DNA of 54,840 bases, counting the filler, from Dirinaria sp. TL-2023a (lineage: Eukaryota), in the NCBI GenBank assembly GCA_051941275.1. It is 3 parts of 3 records of this genome, joined end to end, with 100 filler letters (N's around TTAATTAATTAA, not from the genome) between each part and the next. Parts side by side here need not be neighbours in the genome. Positions count along the whole stretch, not along the records: positions 36,642 to 54,840 come from JAVEBF010000394.1; 2 more parts are not named here. One strand, written 5' to 3'. Each line of letters opens with the position of its first letter. Within the stretch, counting starts at the first letter, position 1. Made by a program: the position numbers and the translations under genes. The notes below the pieces were generated by a model. That model saw nothing but the letters and a program-made list of their open reading frames with translations, was not told the origin of the DNA and did not search any database. Below are positions 49,298 to 54,840 of this stretch, one piece after another.

Positions 49298-52200
49298 ATG
49301 GCCACATTCGTTGCCAACCAGCCTCGCAAGGCTGTTGGCGTAGAGAGCCCCGTGAGCCCCGTGAGCCAGGAGGATCCTTTCGCCACGACAACCCCTGACG
49401 CCCAGAGACCCCAATCACATCGTTATTCTTCTTTCGACACCGAGCTTTTCGCCTTAAACCGTTCGCCATCGTCGCCATCTCAGGCGAAGAGGGCGCTAGA
49501 GGCACATTTAGCGGAAACTGATCGGAGGTTACAAGAGGCTAGCCGCCTTGGTACGACACTGGTGCAGCAGAGAAAGACATTGTCAGAGCGACTGCGCGAT
49601 GTCGAGATGCGCCAAGCGAACGAAGAGATAGGTCCTGAGTTACGGCGGAAGTTGGTCGAGATTGAGAAGGAGTATGCAGAGGTTAGTCGGGAGAGCGTAA
49701 GGGCTTTCATGGGTCCTAAAAATCGTGATCCGATCGAAGCGTCGAGCGCTCCGTTTGCATTGGATGGGAGGGTAAGTTCAGTCCTCCGCATACTACGAAT
49801 GTGCGCTCACATAACTCCTTAGAACCCTGCAAGCCCGACGAAGTTTAGCAGAGAAGCTACAGACTCCCCTTCCAAAGTCAGTGTGCCAAGAAAACAGCGA
49901 AATCAGCCAGCAAGCCGAGCACAAGACTTGGACTTCGCAGCTGAAATTACCACATCGTTAATTGACCAAGTCAAGCAACTTCAAGCCGCTCTGCTCGAAA
50001 GGGAAGATGCACTAAAGATGGTTTACCTAGACAAGGCTCAGTTGGAACGGGAAGCAGAAGGATTCTCATTACGATTGAAAGGTCTAGACGAAAATGAGCA
50101 GCGTTACAAGGAAGAGAACTGGAATCTTGAGACTCAGACACATGAGATGATTGCGGCAGCCAAAGAAGCCGCGAGCAGGGAACAAAAGCTCCAGCAAACA
50201 TTGGCTACGGCTACAGTAGAAAAGGATACGGCGCAGCGAGAACTTGATGATCTGAGGCAAAGCCATGGAAAGCTGGCCGAGGACCATGATGCCAGTCGCA
50301 AATCCCACGAATCAGAGCTGGCCAGCTTGCGCAAGAATATCAATCTTGGCGACAGCGAGCGAGGAGCTCTTCAGCGAAAGGTTGAGGAATTGACGTCTCA
50401 AAATCTGGAGCTAGCGAAAGCTATTGAGGGTCGTTTCAGGATGGGAGAGGTTGAGCCACGCGAGGAGGCTACTTCTGAGCTTGAGAACCCAGCCTTGGAT
50501 TTCTCTGAATCGGACCATTCCCCTCCTCCATCACCTTCAAAAGGCATCCATAGGCATTCTATGCTGGAGACCGAGACATTGAAGAGCTCACTTCACCACG
50601 CTCACAGGATGATACAAAACCTGAAGAGCAATGTGCAGCGTGAGAAAACCGAAAAGCTCGATCTGAAACGCATGTTGCAAGAGGCCAGAGACGAGCTGGA
50701 TGTTAGAAGCAAAGCAGGTCACGACAGCAAGCGCCCGAAGACCAAGTCTCAGCAAGCTCTACCGAACAAGGCAGCCAGGCCGAACATGCTTGGGGCGAAT
50801 AGAAATAGCACAACAGATATTCTCGTCGAGGATCAGGACTGGGAAGATGGAGATAGAAGCCCTTCCCATTTAGCCGGAATACAACATAGAGATCGTGAAG
50901 CAAACAACCGGACAGCCCAATCTACTCACACGAGCGATGGGTATAACACAGCGAACGACACTGAAGATGGCTTCGAAACCGCTGCGGAGCGAAACACGAC
51001 AACGGACACTGACGACTTCCAAACAGGAGCCGAGAGTATGGCAGGAGAGAGCAGCGATGAGCTGACAGAGACAGAAGAGGCTATGAAACGTGATGGAACT
51101 GTCCGTGGAAGAAGGCCTGCGCCTCTGGCAGCTGCTAAAGCTGGCGATCGATCTTCCTTTCGGAGCACCGCCTCAACGTCGGCCGATGAGGATAACTACC
51201 AAGTGGGTACACCTTTGCAAGCTCAACCACAGCGATACCGGCTGAAGATCAATCGGGGCTCTCGACGATCTCGATTAGGTAGCGAGCCTATCGAGGGTAG
51301 TAGTCCAGCTACAGCGAAAAACTCCCCAGCAAGCTTCATAGGCAACGGAGCACAGAGTGGTCAGACTTTATTCAACGAGCTCGATAATCTTAGCGATGAT
51401 GAAGCAGATAGAACTCCTAGTAGGAGCGTACGATCACATCGATCAACGCCAAGCATGAGTGAAAGCATCCGATCTAATCGGTCCAATTCGAGCATGAGGC
51501 GGAGTGTCAGCTCCCATAGATCAACCACACCGGGCAGACCGACTACAGTCATTTACGGTGCAGCTCCAACGGAACAGCCACCAGTCCCGCGATTACCCCT
51601 CGTCGACTCTAGTATGATGACAGAGCCGTGGGAGCCAATGCCTGCTCCAGTCAATGTAGCCAGCAGTGAAACAGCCGGACCATCTACACCTCTCAGCAAA
51701 GAAGGCCTTGGTGCGTCTCAAATCCAGTCGAATACGGATCCCGCATCCAGATCTGTATCTACTCCACCGCGTACTATTTGGGATCAACCATTGCAGATGT
51801 TCTCTGGCATCATACCAACGTTTGGGCCAGCTTCCCACAAGTCAACACCGCTCTCAACGAGATCCAATGCTTCTGGAGAGGTTATCAAACCAGAAGTACC
51901 AGACAGCAGTCCAGCTGCCCATCGTTATCCAGGGGCATACGAGCCTTCGGAGCCGCGAGAAGGAAGTGAGTCACCAGACGTTGATCGGATATCCCAAGCG
52001 TCTAGAAGCACCCGGCCCCAGAGCATTCTTGATCCCCCCACTCTCTCGTTCTCATCAATCCAGTCTTTGGATACGATGCCAACCTTACCACTTGCCCTTG
52101 CACCTATACCTCCTGCGCAAAAAGGAGTAAGCCTTACGACTCCCAATCCACAAGGTGGATTTGAGTTCCCCTCGGACTTTGCCGGGAATCCAGTTGAGCG

Positions 52201-54294
52201 CCCAGAGGTACCTTCGATTAGTGAACAGCAGCGTTCAGAGAACGTTGAAGACCCATCATCTGAGTCTACGCAACCTGCGTCACAGAAAGCCGGTTCAGCA
52301 CTCGGGAACTCTTGGGCGCATCCAAACGGACTTGGAGGAATTCTAGGTTCTGTTTTTGGAGGCAAGAAGTCTGAGCGTTCCAAATCACCGCCAATTGCGG
52401 AAGATGAGACGAGTCAAAATTTTCAGCCACTACCCTCCTCGTCGATCAACAAAGAAGCCACGTTTCCATTAGGGGAGGTAGCCGAAAATACAGTGCTTCG
52501 AGATCTGTCCAGAGAGCAGAGTCTCATACCAAAACCAGATGTGCCTTTAATTAACATGGCCGATGAGGCTTCACAAACTGTGCTCTCGGCTGATCAGATC
52601 GACAGCATGCTGAAAGAGAAAGAAAATGCCCTCCCAATAGAAAGCAAGCCACCAGCTAAAAAGGCCATGAAGCCGCTTTCTGACATAGGGGCAATCTCCA
52701 CGCCTGCCCCTGTCAACAAGTTCGAAAGTGGCGACCTTGCACGTAGCAAAGTTAGAGAACCCACAGGCATACCGGCGGAAGGGATGAGCAGAGACAATCC
52801 TACACTTACGAAATCACCTAAACGGCCAATCAGTGCTGCAAGCATTCGTCAGCGGACAGATCAGTACCCTCCTTTGCCGCCTGATCATCAAAAAGCCATA
52901 GCTGCAGCAGCACAGAAACAACCAGAGCCACCGACTGGCGTTATGGGTCCTCCGTTAGCTCCAGCGTCCTCTTATCGGAACAGGCTCCGTACTCCAAGCC
53001 GTCCACGAACACCGAGCGAACAGCGAGCTACTCAGAGCCCATCATCTAAAGGCGGAACAACGCCTCGCGCAGGCTACTCGACCACCAAGAGCCAAGTCTC
53101 AAGGCGCACTTCGGTATCCTCATTTGTTTCTGAAATTGATGAACGCTTCAACATCCGCGCTGATGCCATGCCCATGCCTGGAATGGATCCTGGCACAGAT
53201 CCTCGTATGATCCAAGCTATCACGCAGACGATGATCGGCGAGTTCTTGTGGAAATATACGCGCAAAGCCGGACGAGGGGACATGTCGAATAATCGGCATC
53301 GTCGCTTCTTCTGGGTCCATCCATATACACGCACCCTCTACTGGTCCGATTATGACCCCGCAACCGCTGGACGTGCCCAATTGAAAGCCAAGTCTGTCGC
53401 TATTGAAGCGGTCAGGGTGGTCACAGATGATAACCCTATGCCACCAGGCCTGCACCGCAAGAGCTTGGTTATAATGACGCCCGGCCGCGCTGTGAAAGTG
53501 ACAGCAACGACCGGCCAACGCCATGAAACCTGGTTCAACGCTCTCTCGTACCTCTTGTTGCGTACAGGACCCGACGGTTCGACTCAAGACGACGACAACA
53601 TCACAGCTGAAGATATCGCAGAGTTCAATCCGTCGTACAGGAATCGGGGGTCCTCCCGCTCGCGCCTATCACTCGCGTCCTGGCGCAGCCGACGCACATC
53701 GGATGCAAATCTGCAGCATCGCTATAGTTCTCGCCAGGCACCAGACACGCAAGCTCCTCCTCGGCAGCAGCCCCAAAGTGTTGGGCAAAGAGCGTCGGCG
53801 AGCAACATGAATACTGTGCAACCTCAGCTGCAGCCAGGCACAAGTACCGCGCGGAGTAGATCTCGTATCGGCTCCGTCTCGAGCCGCATCAGCGAGTACT
53901 GGAAACCAAGCGGAAGTGCCAGAGGTAGCATCAGTAGCAGGCATAGCAGGTCTAGCATGCAGCAGGCACGAACAGAAAGTGCAAATGACGTAGCAGCGCA
54001 CGATAGCGCAGAAGACCTAAGAAAGGTTATTGAGCATGCTGAGAAAGAAGGCGGCGTGGAGAACGTGAGAGCTTGTTGTGACGGTATGTCTACCCTTTCC
54101 TGCACCCTCTTCGGTGTCGTTCTGGTGGGAATCTGTTCAGGTCCAGAAGGCGAGTACTGATGAATCATACGACAGGACGACATGACGTTGGCTCGCTCTC
54201 CAGAACCGGACGCCACCACTCGCACACAAGCCAGGCGAGCAGTATCCGCAGCCAGAGAAGTGGGCGGATAAGTGGCTACGCATCAGCCACTTGA
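49298..54294 (+). CDS. apsA: Cortical dynein anchor / nuclear migration protein ApsA/Num1
   Basis: N-terminal coiled coils (LDFAAEITTSLIDQVKQLQ; LKSSLHHAHRMIQNLK) and a C-terminal PH domain (IQAITQTMIGEFLWKYTRK...RHRRFFWVHPYTRTLYWS...HETWFNALSYL) ending ENVRACCDG|RHDV. Introns 49772-49822 and about 54084-54175. Confidence 0.93.
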
Positions 54295-54840
54295 AACAAC
54301 ATTACGATCATTTCACGAGAACCCCTCCCATCATGACATGGATAGGCTATCTTATTTCTTTTGTGTTCAACCTTTCAACAAATAGTCCCCAAACTTCCAA
54401 AAGGTTCCGGGCGTTTTTTTCGAGCGATACATAGGTAGTTTCCAGGTTCCACCTTGACTGCTTCATTTCTTCATAGTTTTGCAGATAATGGCGCCGCCAG
54501 GCAGGGGGGAGGGTTAGCGCTGGTAAATTAAGGTAGTAACTAGCTTTCTGCAACATCATAGGATGGGCGAGCTCGTTCTGAGTACCTAGTGGGCGTTGCT
54601 AAGTACTTAATCTTTGTTTGGAAGGGTAGCAATACGTATAGCTTTAGCTTAGGTACCTTAGTTTCCCTTAATTATGCCAATCTTTTTTGAATCATTGAAA
54701 TAAAAATAATAAGCTAGATCTGGCGCACTCTGCTCTGTATAATCCTGCAAACCTTCCCCTCCTCCCCTCCCCAAATCCACAGCCTTTTTGAATTTCAGCG
54801 GGTTTTTAAGACACCAAAATGACCTTCCTTACTACTATTC

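Noticed and set aside
1..54840. tRNA, rRNA, CRISPR arrays, intact transposons
   Set aside because: No such motifs, repeat-spacer arrays, transposase/RT ORFs, LTRs or TIR pairs were recognised by eye.

Overview
Filamentous ascomycete (Pezizomycotina) genomic DNA with intron-rich genes. The window is three contigs joined by artificial 100-nt N/TTAATTAATTAA/N linkers (18234-18333, 36542-36641). Contig 1 holds the right part of a secondary-metabolite cluster: DHA2-type MFS transporter (5' end outside the window), AflR-like Zn2Cys6 regulator, PTH11/SAT4-like membrane protein, a highly reducing PKS (KS-AT-DH-cMT-ER-KR-ACP, ER apparently degenerate, no release domain) and a secreted lipase-family hydrolase. 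Contig 2 holds glucosidase II alpha subunit, NDP kinase, an uncharacterised 7-TM protein, a 15-exon gene mostly missed by the ORF track that encodes seven tandem CFEM domains, a GH128 pseudogene and a NACHT/NLR-like gene. Contig 3 holds a membrane protein, a secreted Cys-containing protein, decayed DNA, a DUF427 gene, CWC24 and ApsA/Num1. The best candidates for novelty are the PKS/lipase/PTH11 cluster and the 7xCFEM protein. Splice models were read by eye from GT-AG and branch-site patterns and no database searches were run.
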